From Roseibacillus sp. (GTDB taxonomy: Bacteria > Verrucomicrobiota > Verrucomicrobiia > Verrucomicrobiales > Akkermansiaceae): a stretch of 64,000 nt of DNA. The stretch's first letter is position 1; each line of letters opens with the position of its first letter. The notes under the pieces were generated by a model, which worked only from the letters and a program-made list of their open reading frames with translations, made no database searches and had not been told where the DNA came from. The stretch is from NCBI GenBank assembly GCA_051251855.1, contig JBPOGI010000007.1, forward strand, positions 224,001 through 288,000, written 5' to 3'. Position numbers and translations under genes: made by a program. Shown here in pieces: positions 1 through 10,083 of this stretch.

Positions 1-417
1 CCCCTCGTCATAACTCAGATTGATCACCTCCCCCATTTCCTCGGGTAACTTCTCGCGGCACTCTGCCAATTCATCAAAGACCGCAGGTCGCTCCACCAAA
101 GCTTCCATCTTCGCTTCCAAGTATTCCAAATCCTCGTTCGCAAACTCCAGCTTCCGCCCCTGCTTGCGGCAAACGTCCTTCCACTTATTCCGAACAATCC
201 CCCGTAACCAAGAACCGACATCACGAGTAACATCGAACCTCTCCATCCCTTTCCAAGCCGCCACCAACGACTCCTGCACGACTTCCCGCGCCACTGACTC
301 GTCCCGCAAGAGCGTGCGGGCATACACCAGCATCATATCCTGGTGCTCACGTGCCACTTGCCCAAATACCGGGCGACTCAATGCTACCTCTTCTTTCATT
401 ACTACTACGCCACTCAT
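1..417 (-). CDS. ECF-type RNA polymerase sigma factor (3'-truncated by window edge)
   Basis: Manual minus-strand translation from ATG 417 (or 399): ...MKEEVALSRPVFGQVAREHQDMMLVYARTLLRDESVAREVVQESLVAAWKGMERFDVTRDVGSWLRGIVRNKWKD...CREKLPEEMGEVINLSYDEG. This shows the sigma2 region and the start of sigma4. Absent from the ORF track because it runs off the edge. Confidence 0.85.
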   Translation of the reverse strand, partial: MSGVVVMKEEVALSRPVFGQVAREHQDMMLVYARTLLRDESVAREVVQESLVAAWKGMERFDVTRDVGSWLRGIVRNKWKDVCRKQGRKLEFANEDLEYLEAKMEALVERPAVFDELAECREKLPEEMGEVINLSYDEG

Positions 418-636
418 AACGTCACCCCCTATTCGCCGCAGCCTCACAAACTGTGACAAAAGAATGAGAAAAATCTCCGAAAACGACAAACCAAGGCCCA
501 CCAATGAAAAAAAACTTAAGAAATCATGACTTCTTAAAAACTCGAACGATGTCAAAAAGAAGACAAGACTACCCTTGTTCCTTTGTTAATCCCAGTTGTA
601 ACGCCTATCGACTAACTAACGACTTCTATACCCACC

Positions 637-1656
637 GTGCCCCTCGAGAACACTCTCCCGGCCCTATCAGCGCTCGACAACCCCTCGAGCGACTCCTTTG
701 CGTCCCCCAGCAACAGCCCACTCGAGCCTCAAGCTCCCGAGAATTGGGATGGTAATATTCTATCTGCAATTTCAGAAGTCACCACTCGATACCGCCCTCT
801 CAACAAAATTGGCACTGGAGCTTCCGCCGAAGTCTTCCGGGCCCTCGACAGCCGCTTCGATCGCCACGTCGCCCTCAAGCGCTTCAATCAAGCCACCCTC
901 GACAGCTCTCCAGCCGAGTCTGACTACCTCTCAGAAGTCGCTGCTGTATCTAAAATCTGTCATCCCAATGTCGTCCGTGCCTATGACCTCGACGACGATG
1001 AAGACGGTACCTTTATCATCTTCGAACTCATTGAGGGCATTGACCTTGAGGAAAAACTCAAAGAGCGCCCGCTCAACGCAGACGAAGTACGCCACTTCCT
1101 CGTCCAAGCCCTCGAAGCTCTCGTCGCGGTTCACCAGCAAGGCATCGCTCACCTCGATCTGAAGCCAGCTAACTTCATGGAGACCTCCTCTGCCAACGGT
1201 ATTCCTCACTTCACCCTCATCGACTTTGGCCGCGCCTGCGATGCGGCCCGCGAAAAAGAACGCCGTGAGAATAAGGACAAAAAGAGTTTACGTGGCTCCA
1301 TTCACTACATGGCCCCCGAGCAGTTCACCAATGGCGTCCTCGATGCACGCACGGACCTCTACGCCCTCGGTGCCATGGCTTACGAATTTCTCACCGGAGA
1401 AAAGCCTTTCGACGGCGACAACACCATTCAGGTCATGTCCGCCCACCTCACCAGCCGCGTCAAGCCCATTGGAGAAATTCTGCCCGACCTCCCGGCCGGC
1501 ATGGCCCCTTGGATCATGGCTCTCATCGCGAACACTCCCGAGGCCCGCCCCCAGACCGCCAAAGAAGCCCTCCGCAGCTTCCTCAGCCTTTCCACCCTTC
1601 AGTTCAGCTCCCTCGAAGTCACCGAGCCCTTCCCCGTTTTAGACAAGACCGCGTAA
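637..1656 (+). CDS. Hanks-type Ser/Thr protein kinase (catalytic domain only)
   Basis: IGTGASAEV glycine loop, VALK, HLDLKPAN, DFG, YMAPE, DLYALG motifs. Confidence 0.93.
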   Translation: MPLENTLPALSALDNPSSDSFASPSNSPLEPQAPENWDGNILSAISEVTTRYRPLNKIGTGASAEVFRALDSRFDRHVALKRFNQATLDSSPAESDYLSEVAAVSKICHPNVVRAYDLDDDEDGTFIIFELIEGIDLEEKLKERPLNADEVRHFLVQALEALVAVHQQGIAHLDLKPANFMETSSANGIPHFTLIDFGRACDAAREKERRENKDKKSLRGSIHYMAPEQFTNGVLDARTDLYALGAMAYEFLTGEKPFDGDNTIQVMSAHLTSRVKPIGEILPDLPAGMAPWIMALIANTPEARPQTAKEALRSFLSLSTLQFSSLEVTEPFPVLDKTA

Positions 1657-1712
1657 CGAACGCAGACAAATCTCCTTTCCCGACTCAAGGAAAGCGACTA
1701 ACACTCGGGGCT

Positions 1713-2903
1713 GTGAAAACGGCCTATTTCGACCTCGTCTCCGGAGCCTCGGGAGACATGATTCTTGGCGCTCTTGTTGATGCGGGACTCCCTGCCGAAA
1801 CACTCTCCTCCGAACTCGCCAAACTCCATCTCGACGACTTTCAACTCGCAACTAAGAAGGTCCTCAAGAACTGCTTCTCCGCCACCAAGGTCGACGTCAA
1901 TGTTTCCGATCACGCGCCAGAGCGACACCTCGCCGACTTACAGAAAGTAGTCAATGACTCTCATCTCTCCAACGCCGTCAAAGAAAAAGCCAATCGCATC
2001 TTCTATCGTATCTGTGAAGCCGAAGCCGCCATCCACAACTCCGAAGTTGATAAGGTGCACCTCCACGAAGTCGGCGGCGTCGATGCCATCGTCGACGTCT
2101 GCGGAGCCCTCGCAGGCATGGAAGCCCTCGGCATCGAGCGCGTTATCGTCTCGCCCTTCCCTCTCGGGCGCGGATTTGTCTTTGGTGCTCATGGCCAAAT
2201 CCCCCTCCCTGCTCCCGCCGCACTCTCACTCCTCAAAGGCTGTCCTGTTACGGGAAGCCCCATTGAAAAAGAATTAGTCACCCCCACCGGCGCCGCCATC
2301 CTCTCCGAAGTCGCCGATGGCTACGGCCCCATCCCTCCCATGACCCTCGACTCCATTGGCTACGGGGCCGGCACTGCTGACTTCAAATACCCTAACGTAA
2401 TGCGCCTTATCCTTGGCGACTCCGAACAAACCGGAGGACTCATCACCGAAACCCTTGTCCAACTCGAAAGTAATCTCGACGATGAATCCCCCGAAGTGAT
2501 GGGCCACGTCTCTCGCCTCCTCATGGACCAAGGCGCCCTCGACGTCGCTCTCATACCCGCTCAAATGAAAAAGGACCGGCCCGGCGTCCTCATTCAAGTT
2601 CTCGCCAAACCTTCTCACGCCGACAGCCTTCAAAACACCCTGCTCGCTCAAACGTCTACCTTAGGCGTCCGACGCAGCGAAGTTCGGCGCGACTCCCTCC
2701 CCCGCCGTATTGAAACCATCGAGACTGAAAACGGTCCCATCCGCGTGAAAATCGCCGAAGTCCCAGGGTTCGCCGCCAAAGTCATCCCCGAATACGAAGA
2801 CTGTCGCCTCGCCGCCGAAGAATCAGGGCTCCCGCTCAGCGAAATCTTCCAAACCGTCAGGCACGACGCCGCCCACAAGCTCAATCTGCCTCACGACCAC
2901 TAG
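1713..2903 (+). CDS. larC: Nickel pincer cofactor biosynthesis protein LarC
   Basis: From GTG 1713: AYFDLVSGASGDMILGALVDAG, VHLHEVGGVDAIVDV, ELVTPTGAAI, GYGAG, ESNLDD, MKKDRPG, STLGVR, PEYEDC. Confidence 0.93.
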   Translation: MKTAYFDLVSGASGDMILGALVDAGLPAETLSSELAKLHLDDFQLATKKVLKNCFSATKVDVNVSDHAPERHLADLQKVVNDSHLSNAVKEKANRIFYRICEAEAAIHNSEVDKVHLHEVGGVDAIVDVCGALAGMEALGIERVIVSPFPLGRGFVFGAHGQIPLPAPAALSLLKGCPVTGSPIEKELVTPTGAAILSEVADGYGPIPPMTLDSIGYGAGTADFKYPNVMRLILGDSEQTGGLITETLVQLESNLDDESPEVMGHVSRLLMDQGALDVALIPAQMKKDRPGVLIQVLAKPSHADSLQNTLLAQTSTLGVRRSEVRRDSLPRRIETIETENGPIRVKIAEVPGFAAKVIPEYEDCRLAAEESGLPLSEIFQTVRHDAAHKLNLPHDH

Positions 2904-2927
2904 AGGGAGCAAGAGCCACTCGGACGT

Positions 2928-3007
2928 GATGTTGGATATTGGATGTTGGATGTTAGGGATAACTTTCGAACACACGACCCAACACCCAAAATCCAAAACC
3001 TAACACC
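2928..3007. repeat. Inverted arrays of 7-bp tandem repeats between convergent genes
   Basis: GATGTTG GATATTG GATGTTG GATGTTA ... CAACACC CAAAATC CAAAACC TAACACC; the arms are imperfect reverse complements. Confidence 0.7.
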
Positions 3008-3021
3008 GCCTTCCCCAAACC

Positions 3022-3900
3022 CTACTGCCGCCCTTTGAAGGTCAACTCCGCGATTCCACTCTTATCAAGGTCACCCAGCCCTTTCGCCACCATGGCATCA
3101 TACTGAGCGCGTGTCGCCTCGTTCACCGGCAAAGACAACCCAGCCGCCGCCGCTAGATCAGCCGCAATGCCCGAATCCTTTGCTGCGTGTTCCGAGGAAA
3201 ACCAACAATCATGATCCCGATCCACCATATCTTCGGCATCGGTCTCTAGAACCCTCGAGTTCGCCCCCGTCTGCGAGAACACCTCCCGCACCATTCCGAG
3301 GTCGAGTCCCAACGCATCAGCCAAGCCCAGCCCCTCAGCGAGGGCAGCGGTGTTAATATTCATCACCATGTTCACGAGAGCTTTCACCTCGGCCGCCTTT
3401 CCGATCTCGCCGCAGTAGCGAAGGTTCACCGAAAGGTCCTCCAGCAGCTTCTTGTGAGTCTCAAAAACGGACTCCTCTCCCCCAATCATCAAGTAGAGAC
3501 TTCCCTCCCGCGCCTGACTGATACTCGAAGCCATCGCTGCCTCCAGCACCTCAGCGCCAGCCGCTTTCCCGGCCTCAGAAACCTCCCGATGAATTCCAGG
3601 CGAAAGGGTGGCACAGTTCACGAAAGCCTTCCCCCTTGCTCCTTCTAACAACCCTTCCGCTCCCAAAAAGATGCCTCGCATCGCTTCGTCATTAGTGACC
3701 ACCGTAAAGATCACATCGGCCAATGCGGTCACCTCACTAAGTCTCTCCACGACCTTGGCTCCCAACTCCTCCGCCAATTCTGAGGCAGCATCTCGGTTCA
3801 AATCGAAAACTGCAGTCACCTCGTAACCGCAATCCAACTTCAAATGCCGCGCCATATTCGCGCCCATTCGACCCACTCCTACAAATCCTACTTTCTTCAT
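3022..3900 (-). CDS. NAD(P)-dependent oxidoreductase, 3-hydroxyisobutyrate dehydrogenase / 6-PGDH-like family
   Basis: N-terminal VGFVGVGRMGANMA Rossmann motif; VKALVN catalytic Lys region. Confidence 0.9.
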   Translation of the reverse strand: MKKVGFVGVGRMGANMARHLKLDCGYEVTAVFDLNRDAASELAEELGAKVVERLSEVTALADVIFTVVTNDEAMRGIFLGAEGLLEGARGKAFVNCATLSPGIHREVSEAGKAAGAEVLEAAMASSISQAREGSLYLMIGGEESVFETHKKLLEDLSVNLRYCGEIGKAAEVKALVNMVMNINTAALAEGLGLADALGLDLGMVREVFSQTGANSRVLETDAEDMVDRDHDCWFSSEHAAKDSGIAADLAAAAGLSLPVNEATRAQYDAMVAKGLGDLDKSGIAELTFKGRQ

Positions 3901-3912
3901 CTTATTCTAACT

Positions 3913-4734
3913 CTACTTGAACTCTGGGAAAAAAGGATTGTGCTTCTTCTCCTCGATCACCGACGTCATCGGTCCATGTCCCGGGCAGAGAATTGTCTCA
4001 TCCGCGAGGGTGAAAATCTCCTTCCGATTCGTTTCGAGAGCGGCCTGATAGGAGATCACTCCTCCGCCCATCGACTGCGCAAAGACCGCATCACCCACAA
4101 TAGCTACAGGGCGATCCAGCCCCTCAATCGCATAAGTGACCCCACCGGGCGAATGCCCCCAGGTCAGGCGAGTCGAAACCTTCAAACGACCAATGCGAAA
4201 TTCTTGCCCTTCAGGAAACTGCTCCGCTTTCGGAGCCGGCTCTTTGTCTAAGGTGTGTGCGGTCACTCCACCCCACCGCCTGACCTTTGACATCGCAGCG
4301 ATATGATCAGGATGAGTATGAGTTAAAAACAGCTGAGTCACATTGAGCCCGAGAGCCTGCACCAGCGAATAGGCATCATCAACATTGGTGCCGGTGTCGA
4401 ACATCGCCGCTTCCATCGAGTCTGGGTCCCAGACCAAAAAGGAATTCACCGTGTAATCCTCAAAGGGAGTCACGAACTGGCGCAAGCCCTCCATCTCGAT
4501 CGACTCAGGCTGCCAACTCCCATTCGCCTGCTCCACGAGACTATTGCCATCGAGTCCCAACGGAACCGCCACTCGACGCAAGGGAGCTTCCAAAAACTCG
4601 CCTCCTGCTAACTTCGAAATCTCTTCAACGGCCACTTCAGATTGCGCAGAAAGAGCCTCCCGAGACATTCCCGTGCCTCTCATTGCCTTACCAAGCACAT
4701 CCTCAAAATTATCTTCCAATGGTATTGTTGCCAT
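3913..4734 (-). CDS. Metallo-beta-lactamase-fold hydrolase with N-terminal HTH-like segment
   Basis: THTHPDH, GHSPGG, VGDAVF, CPGHGP motifs; the N-terminal ~70 aa are helix-turn-helix-like. Confidence 0.88.
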   Translation of the reverse strand: MATIPLEDNFEDVLGKAMRGTGMSREALSAQSEVAVEEISKLAGGEFLEAPLRRVAVPLGLDGNSLVEQANGSWQPESIEMEGLRQFVTPFEDYTVNSFLVWDPDSMEAAMFDTGTNVDDAYSLVQALGLNVTQLFLTHTHPDHIAAMSKVRRWGGVTAHTLDKEPAPKAEQFPEGQEFRIGRLKVSTRLTWGHSPGGVTYAIEGLDRPVAIVGDAVFAQSMGGGVISYQAALETNRKEIFTLADETILCPGHGPMTSVIEEKKHNPFFPEFK

Positions 4735-4862
4735 AAGCAGGGAAAGGCTAGCGCGCAGGTGACATTTGTCTAGAAGGAGCTTATTTTGCGACCCTCTCGG
4801 TTAGATTCCTTTCATAAGCTTGGCGGGGCAATACCGACGCCAGCTCCACTCTTGCAAGGATA

Positions 4863-5234
4863 TCATTCCTGCGATGGTAAGGGAGTTCTTGGAGCGCGAG
4901 GCGCTTGAACCATCTTCTTAAAGAAGAAAGCATTGTTCTGCATAAACATGAGCTCCCAGCCTTCTTTGTGCTTACGATTAATAAAGTATTCGATCGCCAG
5001 CACTTCGAATTGGCCACTTTTCTCCAACCCATCTTTTCCACCGATTTGAGCCCACCTCTCAGGATCCACTTTCTGAAACCAAGCCAGCACTTTGCCTTTT
5101 GCCTCCTCTTCACCTAGTCTCTCCATCACATCCGGACCGGAGTATACCTGATAAGCCCTCTCATCCTCAGCAGCGGAAGGCGTTATCATCGTGAGGAAAG
5201 GAAGAACGGCAGCTAGAAATGTCGGTATTCTCAT
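4863..5234 (-). CDS. Hypothetical secreted protein
   Basis: MRIPTFLAAVLPFLTMITPSAA signal-peptide-like N-terminus; fills the gap between genes. Confidence 0.6.
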   Translation of the reverse strand: MRIPTFLAAVLPFLTMITPSAAEDERAYQVYSGPDVMERLGEEEAKGKVLAWFQKVDPERWAQIGGKDGLEKSGQFEVLAIEYFINRKHKEGWELMFMQNNAFFFKKMVQAPRAPRTPLPSQE

Positions 5235-5515
5235 ATCAGAATTCGTTAGCAAACAAGACATCCACTGAGAAGAAAAATGGGGCTATCTGTGATTCAGATA
5301 GCAAAAACGGAATCAGGTGCGTTCTGGTTTATCCTTGCAAATCTCCTCATCCCCCCTATCAGCCCCATGCGCCTCGTGCGCATTTTGACTCGTTTTGTTG
5401 AGTCAACCGCAGCCCTTCGTCTTCGATGATAGTTGGTTTTCGGATTTCACCCAACCCATCATCGAACCTCGCCCACCTCTGCCATGCAGAGAGAAGACCG
5501 GGCCAAATCGATACT

Positions 5516-6826
5516 ATGTCTACCTTTAAAGAGCTGCCCTTGGCCGCGCCTATTCAACAAGCCCTCACCGAACGCGAGTACACCGTCCCCTCGCCCATTC
5601 AAGCCCAGTCCATCCCCATCCTTTTGGAAGGCCGCGACCTCTTGGGTTGCGCGCAAACAGGCACTGGCAAAACTGCTGCATTCTCCCTACCCATCCTTCA
5701 CTTGCTCCATAGCAAACCCAAGCCCCTTCGTCGTAAGGCGCCACGCGTATTAGTTCTCACCCCCACCCGCGAGTTGGCTACCCAAGTCGGCAAAAGCATG
5801 GAGACCTATGGTCAGCACCTCAACTTTAAGCACACCCTCATCTACGGCGGAGTGGGCCAAAATCCGCAGGTCCGCGCCATGCGCGACGGCGTCGATATTC
5901 TCGTCGCTTGTCCAGGACGCCTGTTAGACCTCATCAACCAGAACTATATTGACCTTTCCCACGTGGAATTTTTCGTCCTGGATGAAGTCGACCGCATGCT
6001 CGATATGGGCTTCCTACGCGATGTCCAAAAGATTATCGATGAACTCCCCCGCAAGCGACAGTCCCTCTTTTTCTCCGCGACCTTGGCACCGAACATCGTC
6101 AAACTCGCTCACAAGATTCTACACAATCCCGCCACCGTCAGCATTGAGGCCAAGACCGCTACTGCCGAGACCGTAGACCATTCCGTCTGCTTCCTCTCCA
6201 GCGAAAACAAGCGCAAGCTGTTGCTCTCTCTCCTTGAGGAGCAGGGCGAAGGAGACCTCACCATTGTTTTCTCCAAAACCAAGCATGGTGCCAACAAACT
6301 CGCCAAGATGATCGCCCAAACAGGTATCGATGCCGAAGCCATTCACGGTAACCGCTCCCAAGCACAACGGGATCGAACTTTGGACAAATTTCGTGCTGGC
6401 AAACTTCCCGTGCTCGTGGCGACCGACGTGGCCGCCCGAGGGGTCGACGTCAAGGCCGTCACCCTCGTCATCAACTTCGACATCCCTCAGGAACCCGAAG
6501 CTTATGTCCATCGTATTGGAAGAACAGGACGTGCGGAAGCCACCGGGCGCGCCGTCACATTTTGCGCCGAGGACGACTGCGCTCTCCTCACCGACGTCGA
6601 GAAACTCATCAAACAACGCATCCCCGTCGACAAGGACCATGAGTGGCACTGGGATAGCCTCGCTGGCAAGCATGCCATCGGCAAAGGCGGCGGCACCCGC
6701 GCCAATGGAGGAGGCGGCGGCGGTGGAGGTGGTCGCGGCCGTGGTCGCCAAGGTGGTGGTGGTGGTGGTGGCGGCGGACGGCGTAACACCCGATCGACCT
6801 CTTCGAGCAACCGTCGTCGACGGTAG
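5516..6826 (+). CDS. DEAD-box RNA helicase (RhlE-like) with Gly/Arg-rich tail
   Basis: AQTGTGKT, PTRELA, DEVD, SAT, ARGVD, HRIGRTGRA; C-terminal poly-Gly/RG tract; start at ATG 5516 (MSTFKEL). Confidence 0.95.
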   Translation: MSTFKELPLAAPIQQALTEREYTVPSPIQAQSIPILLEGRDLLGCAQTGTGKTAAFSLPILHLLHSKPKPLRRKAPRVLVLTPTRELATQVGKSMETYGQHLNFKHTLIYGGVGQNPQVRAMRDGVDILVACPGRLLDLINQNYIDLSHVEFFVLDEVDRMLDMGFLRDVQKIIDELPRKRQSLFFSATLAPNIVKLAHKILHNPATVSIEAKTATAETVDHSVCFLSSENKRKLLLSLLEEQGEGDLTIVFSKTKHGANKLAKMIAQTGIDAEAIHGNRSQAQRDRTLDKFRAGKLPVLVATDVAARGVDVKAVTLVINFDIPQEPEAYVHRIGRTGRAEATGRAVTFCAEDDCALLTDVEKLIKQRIPVDKDHEWHWDSLAGKHAIGKGGGTRANGGGGGGGGGRGRGRQGGGGGGGGGRRNTRSTSSSNRRRR

Positions 6827-6878
6827 AATACTCGGAAACGAGACACAAACCACCGAACGTCCCGCTACCTGAGTTCAA

Positions 6879-7817
6879 TCACTCAACCGTGGGCTCCTCT
6901 TCGGCATCAGCTTCTATAGTAGCTTCGGGGTCGAGCACCTCCAAGAAATCCTTGGTCCACTTTACCTCACTTTGGTGACCTGCAAACTGCTCCAAATGCT
7001 TGAGCATGGAAAGAGCCGCACCCTTCTGGTCTCCCATCTCGAAGATCTTTTTCTCCAGGTCCCAGAGCATTTGAGGCCGCTTTTCCACGAGGAATCGCTC
7101 GAAGGCTGCCGAGCGCTCTCCTTTGTCGGGAGCCTTTGATTTGGCCTCTTGCAAATTCGCCTCTTGCAGGATCCACTTGCCCCAAGCGGTGCGGAAGGAA
7201 GCGACATCCTTCTTTTTTGCGAGTGGTGGTAAAATATGCTTCTTGTAGACATCATCCAGCTTCACCGGAGAAACAGGCCACTTTTCGTCCGAGCTGATTC
7301 CGTAGGCCAGCGCAAAGACGGTCTTGGTGACATCTTCCTCCAAGGCCTTGAACTGTTTGGCCTCCAGAGCCTCATCACCAATAATGGCATCTAAGCACGA
7401 AATCGCTCGCGCAGAAAGCTCACCCTCACTGCCTGCTCCCATCGCATTGGCTTCAACAGTCAAAAGAAGCCAATTAAGCTGATGCCGGAGAACCCGCCGA
7501 AACCCCTCACCGTCCTCCTTCTCCTTGTGACGACGTTTCCATTCCCGAAAGTCCTGAGCACTCTTCTTCTCATCTTCGAAGCGCACTTTCTCGACGCATT
7601 TAAGATAGAGCTCATGAGCACGGTCATCACTGCCGATGGCAGCACGGAAGGCTGACAAAGCACTCCCCGCCCTTTTTTCGGCGCGCCCCCCTGCTCCTTC
7701 TTGCACTTCCTTCAACTTCTCTAGCAGAGCCTGTCGATCCGCTTCCGATAAGAAATCGTCCTGCCCCAAAACACCACTCATCATTGCTGCAGATAAAAGA
7801 AGAACTCGTAATCTCAT
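6879..7817 (-). CDS. Hypothetical secreted helical protein
   Basis: MRLRVLLLSAAMMSGVLG signal-like N-terminus, long ORF, no recognised motif. Confidence 0.75.
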   Translation of the reverse strand: MRLRVLLLSAAMMSGVLGQDDFLSEADRQALLEKLKEVQEGAGGRAEKRAGSALSAFRAAIGSDDRAHELYLKCVEKVRFEDEKKSAQDFREWKRRHKEKEDGEGFRRVLRHQLNWLLLTVEANAMGAGSEGELSARAISCLDAIIGDEALEAKQFKALEEDVTKTVFALAYGISSDEKWPVSPVKLDDVYKKHILPPLAKKKDVASFRTAWGKWILQEANLQEAKSKAPDKGERSAAFERFLVEKRPQMLWDLEKKIFEMGDQKGAALSMLKHLEQFAGHQSEVKWTKDFLEVLDPEATIEADAEEEPTVE

Positions 7818-7946
7818 AAGAGAGAGAACGTGCCAGCTCTTTGCTTTCTTTGCCAGAAAGGAAAAAATATCCGCTGCTCGAAAAATCAACGTCTACCACC
7901 ACTCTTGAGGCTTGGCTCGAACCCGACATGTGGCAAAGCTGGCCCC

Positions 7947-8984
7947 ATGCCTCGCCTATCTATTACCGAACTCAGCCAACAAGCTTCGGAAACACCCTTG
8001 AGCGCAACCTTTCACGCCCAATTAGCCAACCTTAGTGAAAAGGAGACCAAATCTGGCAAACCGTATTTGGAAGCAGGGATGGCGGATTCCACCGGGGCCT
8101 TCACCCTGAAGGCTTGGGCAGACCATCCTCTTTTTAAAGAACTTCAGACCCTCCCAATCGGCACTGGTCTTGAAATCAGCGGTAAATTCACCCGCAACCA
8201 GTGGGGCATGGACGGATCCCCTTGGAAATTCAGTCTCTTGGACGAGTCCGCCAACCAAGAACTCCTCGCCGGAGATCCCGCAACCTTGGAGCGACAGAAC
8301 AAGGACTATGCAGATATCGACTCATTCGTGTCTTCCCTCAAAGACCCCCGTCTCGCCGCCCTCTCTCGCCGCTTTCTCAACGTCTTTGGAGAACGATTTC
8401 GCCGCACCGCAGCCGCTCGCCGCAACCACCATGCGCGTCGAGGTGGTCTAGTCGAACACGTGGCACAGATGATGCGGTCAGCCAATGCTATTGTGGGAGT
8501 TTACCCAGCACTCAATCGAGACCTCATACTCACAGGCGTTCTTTTCCACGATTGCGGAAAGCTCTGGGAAAACTCATACCCCGAAAGCGGCTTTACTCAA
8601 CTTCACCAACTTTCCGGCGAGATGATGGGCCACATTCCTCTCGGGATTGAGCTCGCTAACAAGCTCTGGCGCGACCTGCTGCTCTCTCCTGAGGCCGAAG
8701 CTTGGACCGATCTTTCTCCCAGTTCCGAAACCGTGCGCATTCACCTCCTTCATCTCATCGCCTCCCACCACGGCACTCACGAATTCGGCTCCCCCACGCT
8801 GCCACGCACACCCGAGGCCTTCGCGTTGCACTATATCGACAACCTTGATGCAAAATACGAAATGCTCAAAGACGCCTACGCGGAAGCCAATGAAGTAGTC
8901 CCAGGAATCCTCGAACGCCGCTTTCCCCTTCCCTCGAATCTGGTCGTTCCTCTGCCTTCTTTTAAAGGCCAAGACTCGACCTAA
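7947..8984 (+). CDS. OB-fold/HD-domain protein, YhaM/Cbf1-like 3'-5' exoribonuclease
   Basis: N-terminal KETKSGKPYL..ADSTG OB fold; AARRNHHA..GGLVEH, LFHDCGK, GHI, IASHHG..EFGSP, LHYIDNLDAK. Confidence 0.9.
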   Translation: MPRLSITELSQQASETPLSATFHAQLANLSEKETKSGKPYLEAGMADSTGAFTLKAWADHPLFKELQTLPIGTGLEISGKFTRNQWGMDGSPWKFSLLDESANQELLAGDPATLERQNKDYADIDSFVSSLKDPRLAALSRRFLNVFGERFRRTAAARRNHHARRGGLVEHVAQMMRSANAIVGVYPALNRDLILTGVLFHDCGKLWENSYPESGFTQLHQLSGEMMGHIPLGIELANKLWRDLLLSPEAEAWTDLSPSSETVRIHLLHLIASHHGTHEFGSPTLPRTPEAFALHYIDNLDAKYEMLKDAYAEANEVVPGILERRFPLPSNLVVPLPSFKGQDST

Positions 8985-9158
8985 TACGGAAACCTCAGAA
9001 TTTGAACTGCAATTTCTGCTCCTTTTTATAATGGAGCCACCCCAAAATTCGACACATTGTAAATACAAAGGATATTTAATCAAGGTCTTGCAAACGGCTC
9101 GTAGATAGTTATAAGCTCCCGCAAATTCCTTTCTCTCACTCAAAAAGCCCCCTCTGAC

Positions 9159-9800
9159 GTGGTAAAACTCAAAATAGCTCCAGAATTCGCACCAGAAACT
9201 TCAGATTTATCTGAGCTTGATGACGCGACCCTCGTAGCTCAGTGCCAAGCTGAACTGCCCGATAACCTTACCGCTTATCGGGAGCTCGTAAAACGGTATG
9301 AGGGACTGATATTCAATACGTGCCGACGAGTGATCGGCTCTCAGGAAGACGCCGAAGAAGTTACTCAGGACACCCTTCTTCAGATCTTTCACAAGATACA
9401 TCAGTTCCAAGGACGCTCATCTTTTAAGACATGGCTGTATAAAATTGTGCACAATTACTGCCGTAACCGCATCTCTAAACTTGCAAGGAAACGTGAGGGC
9501 CAAAATTCTTACGAAGAACATGCCGCAAATGATGAGGACGATCGCGAGGCTAACAACCGACGCGCTGCGCTCTCTCAAGCCGTCGAGGAAGCCCTCGGCA
9601 AACTAAAAAAATCAGAGCGTGAGGTCATTGTGCTGAAGTTTATGTCCGGACTCACTCTGCAGGAAACTGCAGATGTTTTAGGCGTGAAGCTCAGTGCGGC
9701 CAAAATGCGACTTTATCGGTCTCTCGAGTCCTTTAAAGAAGCCTACTCACGAATTGATAACGCCCCCCCCGTCCCCAACTTCCATACCACAGATGACTGA
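9159..9800 (+). CDS. ECF sigma factor, SigX-like
   Basis: ELDDATLVA..AYRELVKRY..DAEEVTQD..FQGRSSFKTWLY and EREVIVLKF..LQETAD..LSAAKMR; resembles Pseudomonas SigX as recalled, and the neighbourhood fits. Confidence 0.9.
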   Translation: MVKLKIAPEFAPETSDLSELDDATLVAQCQAELPDNLTAYRELVKRYEGLIFNTCRRVIGSQEDAEEVTQDTLLQIFHKIHQFQGRSSFKTWLYKIVHNYCRNRISKLARKREGQNSYEEHAANDEDDREANNRRAALSQAVEEALGKLKKSEREVIVLKFMSGLTLQETADVLGVKLSAAKMRLYRSLESFKEAYSRIDNAPPVPNFHTTDD

Positions 9801-10044
9801 AGAAACATTCAACCCCGACGACTCCGTCTTCAACGACCTCTTTGCTGAGGCCGGCTGGAATGACGTTGCTAAGGCTCCCCCCAATGAGCGCAGAGTCGAA
9901 GAGATCACTCAACGTGCCATCTCCGAGACAATCGTCAAAGAGTCGAGCTCTTTCCTATTCCTAGGCTTCAGTTCTGCCCTTTCAGGGATTTTTGCAGCCT
10001 TCTTTGGCTGTATCAGCGACAACGACGAAGACTACAAACCTTGA
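9793..10044 (+). CDS. Small protein with hydrophobic C-terminal segment, CrfX-like (possible anti-sigma / membrane partner)
   Basis: ATG 9793 overlaps the end of the sigma gene; 83 aa with FLFLGFSSALSGIFAAFFG segment; lies between the SigX-like and CmpX-like genes. Confidence 0.7.
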   Translation: MTEETFNPDDSVFNDLFAEAGWNDVAKAPPNERRVEEITQRAISETIVKESSSFLFLGFSSALSGIFAAFFGCISDNDEDYKP

Positions 10045-10083
10045 TTTTCGCTGGCGACTCTCTCATTGTCGCCACGGAATATC

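Noticed and set aside
20..529. 169-aa plus-strand ORF
   Set aside because: Antisense shadow of the minus-strand ECF sigma gene.
6705..6782. GGT/GGC trinucleotide run
   Set aside because: Encodes the ordinary Gly/Arg-rich tail of a DEAD-box helicase; in-frame, so not a phase-variation tract.
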